Below are positions 11,766-27,115 of a DNA stretch of 64,000 nucleotides, in pieces (within the stretch, counting starts at the first letter, position 1; each line of letters opens with the position of its first letter). A program made the translations under genes and the position numbers. The DNA is from Octopus bimaculoides (taxonomy: Eukaryota). The notes under the pieces were generated by a model, which was given only the letters and a program-made list of their open reading frames with translations, searched no databases and was not told the DNA's origin. Where the stretch lies: NCBI RefSeq assembly GCF_001194135.2, contig NC_068989.1, positions 55,727,109-55,791,108 on the forward strand, read 5' to 3'.

Positions 11766-12669
11766 TTGTTTACTATGGGTATGATGGAGAGACAAACTGA
11801 AATGTTTTTTCCATGCTAGAACAGCTTAGATGGGAATTGATTTTGAGACAAGATTTTAATGCCAGATGTTCTTCCGGTTATCAACCCTTGTTTTTCAGGT
11901 AAGGAATGCTTTTATTCCACAGGTATTGGTAAATTTACATAAAATGCATATCCTAAACAATAATTCAAAGTATAAGTACTTTCAAAGACATATTAAACAA
12001 GTGATATTAACCATTCATTCCACCAGTACAAGAATTTAGTAACAGTCTGGATAGACAGTCAAATACTTTGTGTAGGCAAGCAACAAAATCTCTGTACAGT
12101 TGTATCCTTCATTAATAAACTTTTTTACTGTCTTTAGAATTTGTGCCACTTAAGTCTTGATTCAAAAGAGACAGAATACTAGATACATTTAAATATACTA
12201 AACTGAATGCATCAGCTGCCTCAGTCGCATAAGCCTCTGTGAAGAAGAGCAGCAATAACTTCTGCCATCACCACCACCACCACCACCACCACCACTGCCA
12301 CCACCGCCACCACCACCACCACCACCACTGTCGTCATCACCACAAGTGTACTCTTAATCTGGTAAACAGAATAATTTCATAGTATTTTAAACAGTGTGGA
12401 CTGTGGAGGCAAACAAATTGACCTAAAAACTTTTCTGAGGAAAGTGAAACATCAACCCTCAAAGTTAAACAAAATTCTATAAGTTAAAAGTCTATTTTAT
12501 GCTAATGATCATGTCAATGTCCTATTTAGTACTTCCATCACAGCAATTTTTAATAACTTGCTATCTGATATATTCTGTGCTCATTTGATTATTAATAAAA
12601 CAAAACTATATTCTTTTTTGCTTTCATTTCATAGTTTGTCTCTCCATCACACCTATAGTAAACAAGTAG

Positions 12670-12852
12670 AAGTGGCTAAGCAGTAAGTTAGCTTTCTAAT
12701 CATGTAGTTCCAGGTTCAATCCCTAGCTTTCCAGTCACGTGGTTCCAGATTCAGTCCCACTACATGGCACCTTGGACAAATGTTTTCTACTATAACCTCA
12801 GGCCAACCAAAGCCTTGTTAGTAGATTTGGTAGACGGAAACTGAAAGAAGCC

Positions 12853-12899
<47 letters not shown>

Positions 12900-13090
12900 C
12901 GTGTGTGCGTGCGTGCGTGCGTGCGTGCGTGTGTGTAACCTAGTGGTTTGGTAAAAGAGACTGATAGAATAAGTACCAGATTTTTTAAAAAAAGGCAAAT
13001 AAGTACAGGAGTTCATTCATTTGACTAAAAATTCTTCAATGCAGTCCCCCAGCATAACTGCAGTCTAATGACTAAAACAAATAAAAGATA
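12670..13090 (+). mobile_element. CORE-type SINE with duplicated head segment
   Basis: Two successive TAGCTTTC..TCA.GT.GTTCCAG.TTCA.TCCC head motifs, then core, (TG)n and tail. Confidence 0.75.
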
Positions 13091-14079
13091 AAAGAAAAAA
13101 AAAACAAACCAATTAAATGGCATTTGCCCATTCACTTCAATCAGATAATTAATAATTAATAAGACCCAAATAACATTTCTCTATCACAACAGGGAAGTAC
13201 TTTATCTTTCCAATTTCCAAGTATTTTAGTGATGTGTTTCTCCCACTTACATATTTGGATATATTCCATTTTTTATTTCAAAATGAATCAACCAAACATA
13301 GTTGAAGTAATAATAACTAAAAAAAAAATTAACCAAACAATAACTTTCCATGAATGGCAGCATAAATATATCATCCCTAAATGACAATGAGTCACTCGTG
13401 GCATAGTACACCTAATCACAGCAGACTGGAGCTATTGGACCAAGTAATGATTTCAAAATACTAAGTTATTCCTTGCTGATAATTTACCTTCTTTATCTCT
13501 CTTTCGAATTACATCATTTTCTACACAACACGTTCACAACATCTGATTTTATAAACTGAAAGATAATGTATATAGGCATTCCTTACAGCATGTTTTATAT
13601 AAACCTTGCTTTTATTAATGTTGTGATTTGAAACCCATTATATTTCTTTCTGTTGTTATCCATTTTCAACCTGCAAGAATATGACAATGTAGCCATACAT
13701 ACATGCATACATATATGTGTATATGCATGCATGCATATATACATACATACATACACACACGCATAAACATACATATGTACATACATAAATACACGCACAC
13801 AAACACACACACATATTATGTAATGCCACCAGGGAAAAGGCAAAAAATTCACTCTCAAAGTCACTCCTTTAAAGAACATAGGAGAATGGAATATTTTGTA
13901 ATGGTAAAAAAACAACAGTAATATACAACGAGGCTGTGTTAAAGGAATATAAAATATGGAGGCATTAGCAAATGAAGCATTCATCTCATTATTTTCATCT
14001 AATAGGAAAGTTACATTATAAGAAATACGAAAGCTTGGAACAGTTGTTTTTCACTAGGATAAAATGCTAATACTGAAGC

Positions 14080-15460
14080 TACATCTAAAACTAATTTGAG
14101 AGTAGCTCATTCGTTATTGAAAAAAAAAAAAAAAAACCATTTACTGACGATGAATTAATTAAATTTTGGTCGATAGCAACAGCTGAAAAAGCTTCCATAG
14201 GAAAAATAGATTAATTCAAGAATATTAGTCTTTCTGCAAAAAAGCAATAACTTGGTGAATCAAAGACATAAGAAACAACATCCTGTACCAATTAAACAAT
14301 GAAGTACAAGGTTTCCAGAGGCTTTCCCTAGCTCTTGACAAATCAGCAGTTATGTTGAACAATATGGGGTTGCTGTTCATTTGAGAAATTAATGCCAGCA
14401 TTGATGTAACAGAACTAGCTTTAGTAGGCAGCTGCTTAAAAACACAAATGATGAAGAGACTTTCAAAGACATGCAGAAGATATTGATAAAGTACAGTCTG
14501 ATTTGGATATGTCTAAAGTGTATTAAAAATGATAGAGGGGTAAAATTTATGGTATATATGAAAAGATCTTGTTGGACAAGTCTATAAAATTTGCGACAGT
14601 ATAGAGTGTAAAAATCTGTCGTATTTCACAGCATTACTTATCAGCAGGAAATTTGTGAAAAACATTTACATTTGTCATGTATGATAGAACAAGTTATATC
14701 AACAGTGAATTTTATTAGCTTGCATGCACTTAATTATCACCATTTTGAACATCTTTAGAAGAAACAGAAGCTGAATATAGCAACTTGTACCATGTTACTG
14801 TAAGAGAGCTTAGTAGCAGTGGAGTTATCTCACAAGTTTTTGAACTTCAGATGATGATTGACAATTTTTTAAATGAGAAAAAGAAATCATACTGAGCTGC
14901 TTCTTGCAACAGTGAATAGTTATGGAAAGTAGTATTCCTGGTTAACTTAATGATACATCTTAGATCTTAGTTCAATCTTAGATTATAATGTGATTCTAAT
15001 TTTATACGTGACATATTACTCTGCTGTGAATACTTTCCAACATAAATTAACATTTTTTTACTCTCCAGTAAAGATAAATGACTTCAACTAATTTCCCTGT
15101 TGTGAAAATACAGTCATGAAGCAAATTCTTCATTTCCTTTTGAATTTGTTCAATCTGAAGCTTGTTTCAACAGTGTTTTTTCAAATATCAAAGAAAATGT
15201 GAAAACATAAAATGTCTTTCAATAATCATCTGACTGCATTATTGAGGAACTTCCATTGGATCTTCAACTGAAAGTTATTGACTTGGAGCCAAATGGTGTG
15301 TTAAAAGATAAGTATAAAAAAGAAACTTGCTAGGCTTTATAAATGCCTCCTACATGAAGGAAAAATTTTTTAAAAATCCTTTGCTCATGGATGAGTTTCA
15401 GCATCTGGTACAACCTACTTATAAGAAGGAGAAAAAACACACTTTTTAAAGATGATGTAT
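14080..15460 (+). pseudogene. hAT (Charlie/Buster/SPIN; GTF2IRD2-like) transposase fossil
   Basis: Fragments KPFTDDELIK, FKNISLS, FSLALDKS, HSITYQQEIC, VISTVNFI, EAEYSNLY and ELPLDLQLKVIDL follow the hAT motif order; many stops and frameshifts. Confidence 0.8.
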
Positions 15461-15683
15461 AACATTTAAACTAGCAGTATCAGGCCCAAATATTCCACCT
15501 GTCTTATGTGTAAACTAGCCACATCTGACCTTTTTATACCCACCCTCCCTACAATGTCATTTTAAAAATAAACAATAACATCGTTGAAATCTCAAAGCTA
15601 TGAGATAATGCATGATCAATACAAAACAATGTGAATAAACAAATGTTATATTTGACTGAGTAATCTGAATGCTAAAAAGTTAA
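15460..15683. mobile_element. piggyBac-type MITE with damaged left end
   Basis: Homologous to 42708-42917; right end AATGCTAAAAAG-TTAA. Confidence 0.6.
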
Positions 15684-16957
15684 ATATATTTGTAGGTAAG
15701 TGATAACTGATCATCACTTGTACTCAGTTTTGTTTACAGGAATCACATAACTTGAACTATCATTTGATAATATTTTGTTCCCCTGACACACACTAAAATA
15801 AAAAGAAAGAAATCATAGAAGATTTTGGGGGACTTGTGGAAGAAAGAGGTTTACACAGAAGTTTATGAAGGTATATATTCTTATGATGAAAAACATTAAT
15901 GTATCAGAGCATACCACATAAAATGTTTTTTTTTTAATATGAGCCATTTTTAAGATATGATTATACATGTTAGGAAAAGTAGTGAGTTAAACATATTTTG
16001 TGTTAGTTAGCAAGTTTTTATATTCATTTGGCTTCAATTTCTAGCTAGATGGTGCTAGTCTTGTAAACATTCATTTCATGTCCCTTGGTAATATGTTGAG
16101 TATTGAATGAACACAACTTGGTCTTTTATAAGAGTTCAAATTAAGACACAATGCAGCTTGAAACTTCAAACAAAAAATCCATCAATTTAGCATTTGGAGA
16201 CAATTACGTTAACCTCCAAATAGTAGTGGTAGTTTCAGAAATTTCACTCAGGAGACAAGAACATTCAAATAGAACTATAGGTACGGTTGAGTTCTGTCAT
16301 AACAAAAAAAAAGGGGGAAAAAAAAGAAAACTAATGAAAAGAAGCTCTCCAACAATAATTTGACAATTTGCAGAAGACTTGGCATTGATTTCTATCACTG
16401 TTTCCCCATGGTCCCCCCCCCCCACCACCACCACCACCAACCAAAAAAGTGAAAACCTGTATAAATGGATTCCAGATGAATTGACTGAACATCAGAAATA
16501 ACAGTGTGTAGAGATGTGTTTAGTGCTACTAATCCATAGTAAAAATCAAACATTTTTCTGTCTGTATCATTACTTCTGATGAGAAATGGATATTTTTTAA
16601 CAATTAAAAAAATAAATGATCTGGCAGTAGTTAAATACAGATGAAACTCTAAAGCATTTTCTAAAGCAGCCACAGCTCTACTGAAAAAAAAAAGTGGTTA
16701 TGATGACTGAATGGTGGTCTGTAAAAGATATAATTCAGACTTATTTTTTTTGTATCAAGGAAAATCAATTACAGCAAACTCATACTATTAAAGGAATTGA
16801 TCGTTTGCATACAAAACTGAAATCAAAACAACCAAGACTGATTAACAGAAATAGACCAATTCTGCTGCCCAATGATACTTCACCATACAATTTTCAAACA
16901 ACACTTTGAAAATTAACAGGCCTTGAGTATGGAATTTACCTACTTAACATCCCAATA

Positions 16958-17255
16958 CTCAATATTTGTAGGTTTCTCTGATGCAACAGATATCAGTTGT
17001 TGAGTTGTTTGTTATTAGAGTGAAGCCAAAGTTACTGAAGTATAAAATTTGATTGTAGCATGTCTGTTGAGCAGTGGTCTACAGAGGAAGATGGAAAGAA
17101 ATTCCTACTGTCTTGTTCTCTTCTGAATGGTGCAATCTGTAGCTCATTGAAATTACCCATCAAAGAGTTATACTTCAGTAACTTTGGCTTCACTCTAATA
17201 ACAAACAACTCAACAACTGATATCTGTTGCATCAGAGAAACCTACAAATATTGAG
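16958..17255. repeat. Perfect 88-bp inverted repeat with 122-nt spacer
   Basis: 16958-17045 is the exact reverse complement of 17168-17255. Confidence 0.97.
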
Positions 17256-18149
17256 GTACACTTCATTCTGGACATTCTCAATAATATAACTTGCCTTACC
17301 AGTCTTTGAAATGTAAATTTGTTGATACACATGCTATCAGTTGGGCATTCTAAGGAAACACATTTCCCAGTAATTAACATAAATTAATAAATGCATATTT
17401 AAAGAGAATCCTTGTTTTCCTCTTTCAGTTTTTCTTTATCCAACACATACAACGACATACTCTGCAACTATATCCACATGCACATCAATATCATAATTTA
17501 TACTTTTAAAAATTTTATCAACCAAGACAGACAGCTATTTTGGAATAGTTAAGAGAAATTTAATAAAGAACTATTCTATACAGATATCTTTCAAAATTTA
17601 CTAGTTGTCTTGTAAATTCCAATGATGCAAAAATGTCAAGAACTTTCTCAAGATGAAAATAGCAAATCATTTTCTCTTCTTTTGTTCTACTCATCATGAT
17701 AAGATATTGCTTGTTTCATATTCATATTGGAAACCAGATCTCACATTATGAACTCCTATTGTTTATACAATTGTCTATAATCTTTGGCAATATGATAAAT
17801 TAGCTTTAATTCTTAGTAAATTTTCCTTTTTGATTATTACAAAAAGAAACAGAAAAAGCAATCCTAAGAGATTATAGTTATACTCAAAATCTTGTCAGCT
17901 AATATTGAAACAAAATCCATCTCTGTAATAGTAGTTATTGCAATAAGGTATAAAGTTCAAGTGGTTTGCTTGTCTCTAATGTCATACTTGCTGTGTTTGT
18001 ATTATCTAGTCATGAACTCATCAGCATCTACTCAATGCATTTGAACCAAAATTATTCAATATCCAATTAGGAAAGGCATTAATAGGAACTTGTTTCCTAT
18101 TAGTAAAAGCAATAGTTACACAAAAGGTTCAGTATAATCAAGAAAACTG

Positions 18150-19270
<1,121 letters not shown>

Positions 19271-19544
19271 GAAAATAGGTATGACAACAGATGAGATGAG
19301 AATGATGCTTACTGATGTTACTACACAAGTGCTAGCATGCATCAAACCTCAGCTACATTATGGTGATGGGTATCTTTATATTGGTATTGTTGATATCCAG
19401 TTATGCACTGTGTAATAAAATACATCTTTTAATTTGAAAACATCTACAGATTTTAATGTATCAACCTTACTTAGAATTTTCATAAATTCTTAATTTTTGG
19501 CCAACTTTAATTATTAAAAAGCATTTTTTTTTTACAGTAAGTTA

Positions 19545-19680
19545 TACGAGACCTGTTGACTCAGCTGGCAAAAATGAGTAATCCTACGATAGGTCAGCAT
19601 CCCATCGAGTGGGAAATATATATACCACAGGAAACCAGCCCTATGAGTATGTATGACTTGACAAGGATGTTTAGCCTTAT
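19545..19680 (+). mobile_element. 3' part of a SINE related to 53352-53590
   Basis: Shared GGCAAAAATGAGTAA...GGAAACCAGCCCT.ATGAG...ATGACTTGA motifs. Confidence 0.5.
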
Positions 19681-22139
19681 ATTATTCTTTATCATATGAG
19701 AACAATTTTGGATAATAATAAATATTTACTATTTAATTAATAGCATTACGATGAATGCAAATACAAAGTGTGAAAACTGGGCAGACTATTTTGGTTATGT
19801 TCTAGTGTTTGATTAGTAAAAATAACTACTGAGCTCTGATTCTCTCTATGGACAGGAGGCATATGCTTTCTGATAAACAACTAATTGTGAAACAGTTGTA
19901 AAGGCATTTGCATTTTTTTTTTTTTTTTTTGCAAGGAGAAAAAGCTAAATGTATTTACATTTATTCATATTTTCATAGTGAAGCTTTTTACAACAATTAT
20001 AGCTATAGTTTTATCTATGCTTATGTAATTGTTCACTAACTTACCACAACAGCAAAGTATGTAAAGAAATGTTTAACATGACAAAAAAAAGTTTCTTACA
20101 TAAAATAACAGCATCTAAAGAACATAACAAGCAGTCTATCCAGAGTGATAAAACTACATGCTGACAGAAGTTCTTACAATATCAGATATTTTCATTCAGA
20201 CTGAGGAAACTTATGTAAGCAAAATATGAATTAAAGAAAACCAAAGAATGAGAAAATAAACACACAGAAATCTCATATATATTTCCTAAATTTGGTAAAT
20301 ATCCAACCAAATAAAGAGAAAGAAAGATATAAAATTTCAAATAATGAAGTATCCTTTTTACTTGTTATAATTTAAGCAACTCTGTGCAATAGACACTAAA
20401 TTTTTAATAGCAAATATAGCACAACAAGAGTAAGACGAACATTAGATAAAACAGACTTAATCAAAATTTTTAGCCAGTTATAAGCATTGAATATGTCTCG
20501 GAATGCTCTGAAGAATTAGCTGCAAGATATATATCGTGATAATTCTGAAATGTAATGACATTTTAATGACAGAAAAATAAATAGTTCCATCAAATCATAT
20601 CTAAAAATAAATTAGAAGTTTCTGAGACATTCTGGAAAACAAAACAATCCCTTTGGCAGCCTAATTGGATCAATTTAAAAGATTTCATCTAAGAAAGTCT
20701 TATATATTGTTAAAACAACTTTTATCAGCTGTGATCTTATTATCTTCAGAGGAAACATTTTACCCACTAGCACAATAGCACTGTTTTAATCAGTTCTATT
20801 TCTCACAATTTTAACTCATTATCTTCAAATGAAAATTTCTTAAAATCTATGATTGAATAGGGTTAATTTCCTTTGAATATAACTTTAAATCACACATATA
20901 TATATATATATATTGTATTTATATTGTTTAAAAATATATTTGCCAATTTCCTTCAACAAGAGCAAATTCTACAGAAATTAATAATAACAATAGGTTGAAA
21001 TGAGACTGTAGCATATAAAAGGATGTAATATGACACTGAAATCATGTAGAAACTGCATTGAATCTACACTTATACACATATGGTTTCTTAGCAAAAATAA
21101 CATGATAGTTTATTTAAAAGAAATCAGGTTACTCAGTAGAAATCATCGTATTTCAACAATTTTACAGACTTTCAATTTTAAGGAGAATTAAAAATAATTG
21201 TTTATTTAAGTTTGTCCACAATGTAAAATGGTGCACTGAGGAATTGATGCAAGATTTCTTGAGTCAATTCTATGACCATTATTGCAAATTTATATTATTA
21301 GTAAATATGGATTCGTGTTTTCTTTCTCTCTTTCTCTAATTCAATTTTATTTCAATGACCTCTTGAATATTTTCATTACATATACTCTTGCTTAGAAATT
21401 TACAGTAATATTCTTACTGCTATTTACTTAAAATGATTTTGGAATTTTGCTCTTCTCAACCAGGTTTCTATGTCATTTTGCTACTTTTAGCTAGTTGCAA
21501 TACATAAAACTTCAGTACAATTGAATTAGTGATTCATTCACCACTATTTTGCCAAGTTTAGTGAAGACTGTGTTGTTTCAAAGACAAAGTTAGAACAAAA
21601 TTTAAACATGCCTGGAGTTGTCTACTCCAGATAAATGAAAATATCAGTTATAGACTAATATAATGTTTCCCCCTCATTGCATATCTATTTGTAGTTGGCT
21701 TTCAAAGCTTAATATATTAAATATGTTAACACTAACTTATATATTGTTTTTCATATGAATGTTATCTATGAATTATTGAATTTCTAGACAATCATCAGAC
21801 AGTTTGATTAGTCTACAGTTTAACTCCTAATTTTCTTGAAAGAGACACCAAGCAATTTTTCCAAAAATGAAAAGCTACATCTAATAAGAAAAGTTCCACA
21901 ACAGCTTAAGCCCTACTCTAAGTTAAAAAAAAACATAAATTTGGCTAATTTAGCTTCTTGGATATCTAAAACTTCCACTAAACCATTATTCTAAAGAATT
22001 AGAAGCGATTTATAGCGTAGGTTTAAAGCAATACCTACCAAATCTACCATTTCCCTTTTTTATCATTGACAGCAGAGGACATCAAACACAACCAACCATT
22101 GTACTCAACAAAATAAACTTACTACATACATAGAAGACA

Positions 22140-22275
22140 AAAGTATTGGCTTCAAATTTTGGCACAAGGCCAGAAATTTCAGGGGTTGGGTAAGTTGATA
22201 ATATCAACCCCAGTGTTCAACTGGTACTTATTTTATTGACCTCAAAAGGATGAAAGATAAACTCAACCTTGGATG
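22140..22275 (-). mobile_element. Deu/Nin-like SINE 3' half
   Basis: CTGGTACTTATTTTATTGACCTCAAAAGGATGAAAG. Confidence 0.7.
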
Positions 22276-23366
22276 AATATAAACAAAAATATTAGAACTT
22301 AAATATCTTCTACAGCATTCACAATTGACAAAGAAAACATTGCAGCCGAAGCAAATTGAAGCATACACTCAGTTTATGGGAAAGAATGCTTGAATGAAAG
22401 AACTTGCAGAAGATGGTTTGCAAAATTCAGAAGTGGAGATTTCAGCCTTGAAGTTGAAGTTGAGTGTGATGATAAGCTCCTTGAGGCATTTCTTGAAGAA
22501 AATCCTGCATTATCAGTAGAAGAATTGGTAATAAAGCTTAGTTCAAACCATACAACTGTTCATCATCATCTTCAACAACTTGGAAAGGTTCCTAAACTTG
22601 GAAAATGGGTGCCTCATGAATTGTCCGAAAGCAACCGCAAATCCCAAGTTGACATCTGCTATTCTCTCTATTTTCGCGAACTCATTTCACCCTTTTTGGA
22701 TAGACTTATGACTGGTGATGAAAAATAGATCTTCTATCGAAATGTTAAACGTTGTAAATAGTGGCTTGGTAAAAGAGAAAAAGCTCAACCACAACCGAGA
22801 AAGGAACTTCATGGAAAAAAGTTTCTTCTTTCTATCTAGTGGCATTGCAAAGGAGTAATTTACTTTGAATTGTTACTACCTAATGCAACAATCAACGCTC
22901 AAGTCTACTGTCAGCAATTAGAGTGTTTGAACCAAGCTTTGAAGAAAAAAAGATCCGCTTTAGTGAATCGAAAAGGAGTGATGTTTCATCAGGACAATGT
23001 GCGACCCCATACTACAAAGATCACATCACAGATGATCGAAGAGCTTGTTTGGGAAAAGATTCTTTATCCACCTTATTCTCCCAACCTTGCTCCTTCAGAC
23101 TACCATTTGTTTCGTAGTTTACAGAATCATTTGGGGGACATAACTTTCGCAAGCCAGGAGGAGGTCGAAACTGACATTTCAGAGTTCTTCACTTTGAAAC
23201 CAAAACAGTTTTACATTGATGGGATTAAAAAGCTTGTAAATAGATAGAAGGCTGTCATAGATAATCAGGGAAAGTACATTGATGATTAAATTTCAATTAA
23301 ATATAACATTTGATCACTTATTTTCTTTATTCAAAATTCAGACAGAACTTATGGGATGACCTGATA
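22275..23366 (+). pseudogene. mariner (DD34D) transposase fossil with right TIR; 5' end missing
   Basis: RTCRRWFAKFRSGDF, TGDEK, HQDN-(34 aa)-SPNLAPSDY. Right end ACAGAACTTATGGGATGACCTGA followed by TA (23365-23366); several in-frame stops. Confidence 0.92.
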
Positions 23367-23419
23367 CATGTTAGAAACACTTGCACATATACAGGCACAC
23401 ACACATACACAGACAAACA

Positions 23420-23590
23420 CACACAGGTTGGTCTTCTTTATAGTTCCATCACACAACTTTCACTCACAAGGCACTGGTTAGTCTGATGCTGCAATAGGTG
23501 ACACTTACCCAAGGTGCCATGTAGAGGAATGGCTCCCAAAGCTATGTGGTTGCAAAGTAAACTTTGTAACCAAACAACCATGTCTGTACA
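23420..23590 (-). mobile_element. CORE-type SINE 5' part
   Basis: CACTCACAAGGC...GACACTTACCCAAGGTGCCA. Confidence 0.6.
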
Positions 23591-24492
23591 TATGATATAT
23601 CATATATAACATTGCTTAACCTTCCAAGATATATTTCTAACACCTTTTACAACATGAATAGTTTCTGAAAGATGCATTACATCTATAAATATCTGCTCTA
23701 TAGAAACGGTTTACTGAATGATGTTTGGTCAAACTGTGTTTATATAAAGTCACATCATGTCACAGCTAGATAACTGCTAACAGAATGAGACCTTATGTTG
23801 CAAAATACTTTTCTCTCCATAGACAACTACTGGAGAAAGAAAGAAAAAATCCCCAAAGTGTTGATGTGACAAAAATGAAAGATTCAAGCTGAAAACTTAT
23901 TCTACTAGTTTTGGAGTTGAAACATCTGTAGGTCACATGCAAATGTATTTTAACTAAAGGAATCTACTCCCAACAACTTAGGTACTGAAAGAATGAAAAA
24001 AAAACAACTAAAAATCACTACCATGCTGTTTTGATATCTTAAAAAAAAAAGAGTCTTAACTACATTGAACGTATACACTGTAGGATGTGAAAGTGATTAA
24101 TTACAGCTGTGATATTAGGGAGGACAATAAACTTGAAACTGATCTGGGTTTATAATGATTTATCAGGTGAAGCATAACATGTTATGGTTCTCCATATTTT
24201 CAATAGTAATACCATCCATCTTTTTTTTTAAGTCAGAATCTTCTCTCAGCCCATCACTCACAAATGAGTATGACTTTGTAGCAGAAAAGACTTCGCTTTT
24301 TCAGACAATATGCTTCCTTTGTTCATGTGTTAGTTACCTTTACAGTCACAAGTAGACACAGAGACCTTGTCAAACTTCAAATGCTTGACAAGTCAAAGCA
24401 TCAAAGATGTAAAAACTGGTGAGAGAGGACTGCATCTATCTAAACTAATAGATAAAGGCAATCTTTATATGAAGATGACCTAATTTATTCAC

Positions 24493-24702
24493 CTTGTAAC
24501 AGCACCAATTCCAACAATCCTCTTCACTGAGTTACTGCACCCAAGTGAATACTTCTATTGCTGGTGTGTGACTGCTTATCAAACATCAAGCTGGATTATT
24601 TGCAGCTAACCTCTATATCTATCTCAAGGCCTTACTACAATCCATTACTAGTGAATGTACCCTATAGCAATACAATTCTACAAAAGGCTATCAGAATGAC
24701 GT
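24493..24702 (-). other. Candidate 210-nt non-coding exon
   Basis: Poly-T tract aaatatag| acceptor and AAG|gtgaat donor; stops in all three frames. Confidence 0.2.
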
Positions 24703-25124
24703 CTATATTTAAAAAAAAAAAAGGAATATAGAATACACTTGGTATCAAAGCTACAGTTGTAACAAACCATATGCTGTAGCTTTATTGAGTTGATGATCTG
24801 AAAACAATATGTATTATACCCAGTATACAATAAGAAAGTTCAATAAACATTGTCATTCTCCTCTAAATTGAAATCAATAACTGTTTGTCCCAGGCTTTGT
24901 AGGTTTTGAATATAGAATAACTTGGTTACTATTATGTTTAGCTTTCTATTTCAGTTTGCCTTGAGATACTAAATCCATAACTCTACAACTTTTTCAAACA
25001 ATATGACTGAATTAAATTAAAAGTTGTGAAAAACTTCATTTTGTGTAACTAAAAAGTAAATTAGTCCTACAAGTTTATACCTAGAAAACTAGAATAATAT
25101 TAGAGTTGATAGCAGTATAATAGA

Positions 25125-26745
25125 TTAGGCAATTATGTAAGTGAAGACTGGAAAAGCTCCTGGACCATCGGGTATCACTGCCGAGATGTTTAAAATATCC
25201 AGTGGTGTGGGACACAGCCTAATCACTTGCATAGTTAATCATATTATTCAGGAAGGTATCATCCCCAAAGACTGGCGTAGCAGTATTATTGTCAGCTGCT
25301 TCAAGAGTAAAGGTGATGCCTCAGATAGAAATAACTACAAAGGTATCAAACTGCTGGACCAGGTTATGAAAATTACAGAGAGAGTTATATCTCAACTAAT
25401 TAAGGATAGAATTAAACTAGATGAGATGCAGTTTGGTTTTATTCCAGAGAGAAGTACCACAGATGCCATCTTCATAGATAGACAGTTGTAAGAAAAGTAT
25501 TTGGCCAAAAGTAGACCATTGTATTTAGCCCTCGTTGACCTGGAGAAAGCTTTTGACAGGGTTCCCCGCTCTCTGATTTGGTAGTCTCTAAGGAAGCTAG
25601 GAACAGAGGAGTGGCTTGTTAGAGCTGTTCAAGCCATGTACAGCGATGCTGTTAGTAAGCTGAGAGTTGGCCTTGAATACAGTGAATTTAATGTACAAGT
25701 TGGAGTACACCTGGGTTCAGTTCTTAGTCCACTCTTATTTATTATAGTTCTTCAGGCCATAACAGACGAATTCAAAACTGGATGCCTATGGGAACTACTA
25801 TATGTTGATGATCTTGCTCTTATTGCAGAATCTGAAGCAGAATTGGAGAAGTTCCAGGTTTGGAAGCAAAACCTGGAATCAAATGGTCTTAGAGTTAATT
25901 TAGCTAAAATTGAAGTTGTTAATGAGAAAGGAGACAAGACTCTCATTCCAGCTGGTAAATGGCCCTGCTCAATATGTAGGAAAGGAATGGGACATAATTC
26001 CATTTACTGCACCATGTGTAAGCTATGGACACATTAGAGATGCAATGGAATTGTGGGTGGATTATCAGATAAGGTCACTTTCATGTGTGGCAGATGCACA
26101 GGAACAATAAGTACTAAGAGCATGAGGGACTTAAACTCTCTCAAATGCCCAGGAGGCTGTCTTTACATAGTAGATAGCTTCTGATATTTTAGGTGACCAA
26201 ATTAGTAGCAGCGGTGGATGCTCTGAAAGTATTGTTTCTAGAATAAGAATAGGATGGAGGAAGTTCAGAGAACTGCTACCTCTGTTGGCAGTAAATGGAC
26301 TCTCTCTCAGAGTGAAAGGTAGATTGTATGATACTTGTGTGAGAACAGCTATGTTACATGGTAGTGAGACATGGGCTCTAACTGCAGAAGACATACATAA
26401 ACTGAAGAGGAATGAAGGTAGTATGCTCTGTTGGATTTGCAACATCAATGTGCACGACCAACAAAGCACAACTGTGTTGAGAGAAAAGTTAGGCATAAAA
26501 GAGATTAAATGTGGTATGCAGGAGAGGAGAATGTGTTGGTTTGGACATGCGATGCATATGAGTGAAGACAGCTGGATGCAGAATTGCCTATCACTGAAAG
26601 TGGATGGTACCTGTGAAAGAGGGAGACCCAGGAAGACATGGGAAGAAGTGGTGAGAACCAATCTTAGGATGTTGGGGCTCACAGAGGAAATGACTATGGA
26701 CCAAAACATTTAGTGATATGAGGGTCTAGAGAAGACCCGTCCACA
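25125..26745 (+). mobile_element. 5'-truncated RTE-clade LINE (reverse transcriptase and C-terminus)
   Basis: KTGKAPGPSGI, NYKGIKLL, QFGFIPERSTTDAIF, DLEKAFDRV, GSVLSPLLF, LLYVDDL, MLHGSETW, RGRPRKTW; a few stops and frameshifts. Confidence 0.93.
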
Positions 26746-26764
26746 AAACTGAGTGCTAGAAGAG

Positions 26765-27115
26765 CTGTGTTCTAGCTTCAGTCCTACTGCATGTCATCTT
26801 GGGCAAATGTCTTCTGCCATAGCCCTGGGCTGACCAAAGCCTTGTTAGTGGATTTGGTAGAGAGAAACTGGAAGAAGCCTGTAGTATATATGTGTATGTG
26901 TGCGTGTGTGTATCTATTTGCGTGCACCTTTGTGTTTATCCCCACCACCACTTGACGATTGATGATGGTTTGTTCACATCCTCATTTGGTAAAGAAGGGC
27001 AGAAGCTTAAAAAAAGAAGTACTGAAGCCAGTATTCCATTTTACATAAACCCTTCAAAGCAGAACCCCAGTATGGCCACAGTCTAATGGCCGAAACAAGT
27101 AAAACATAGAAGATA
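26765..27115 (+). mobile_element. CORE-type SINE
   Basis: Core plus tail, directly abutting the RTE 3' end. Confidence 0.7.

Noticed and set aside
21612-21630. Small hairpins (CTGGAGT/ACTCCAG; similar ones near 24370 and 55275)
   Set aside because: 7-8-bp stems are expected by chance in 64 kb.
22390-23247. Domesticated SETMAR-like gene
   Set aside because: Multiple in-frame stops, a retained TIR and no SET domain: an ordinary mariner fossil.
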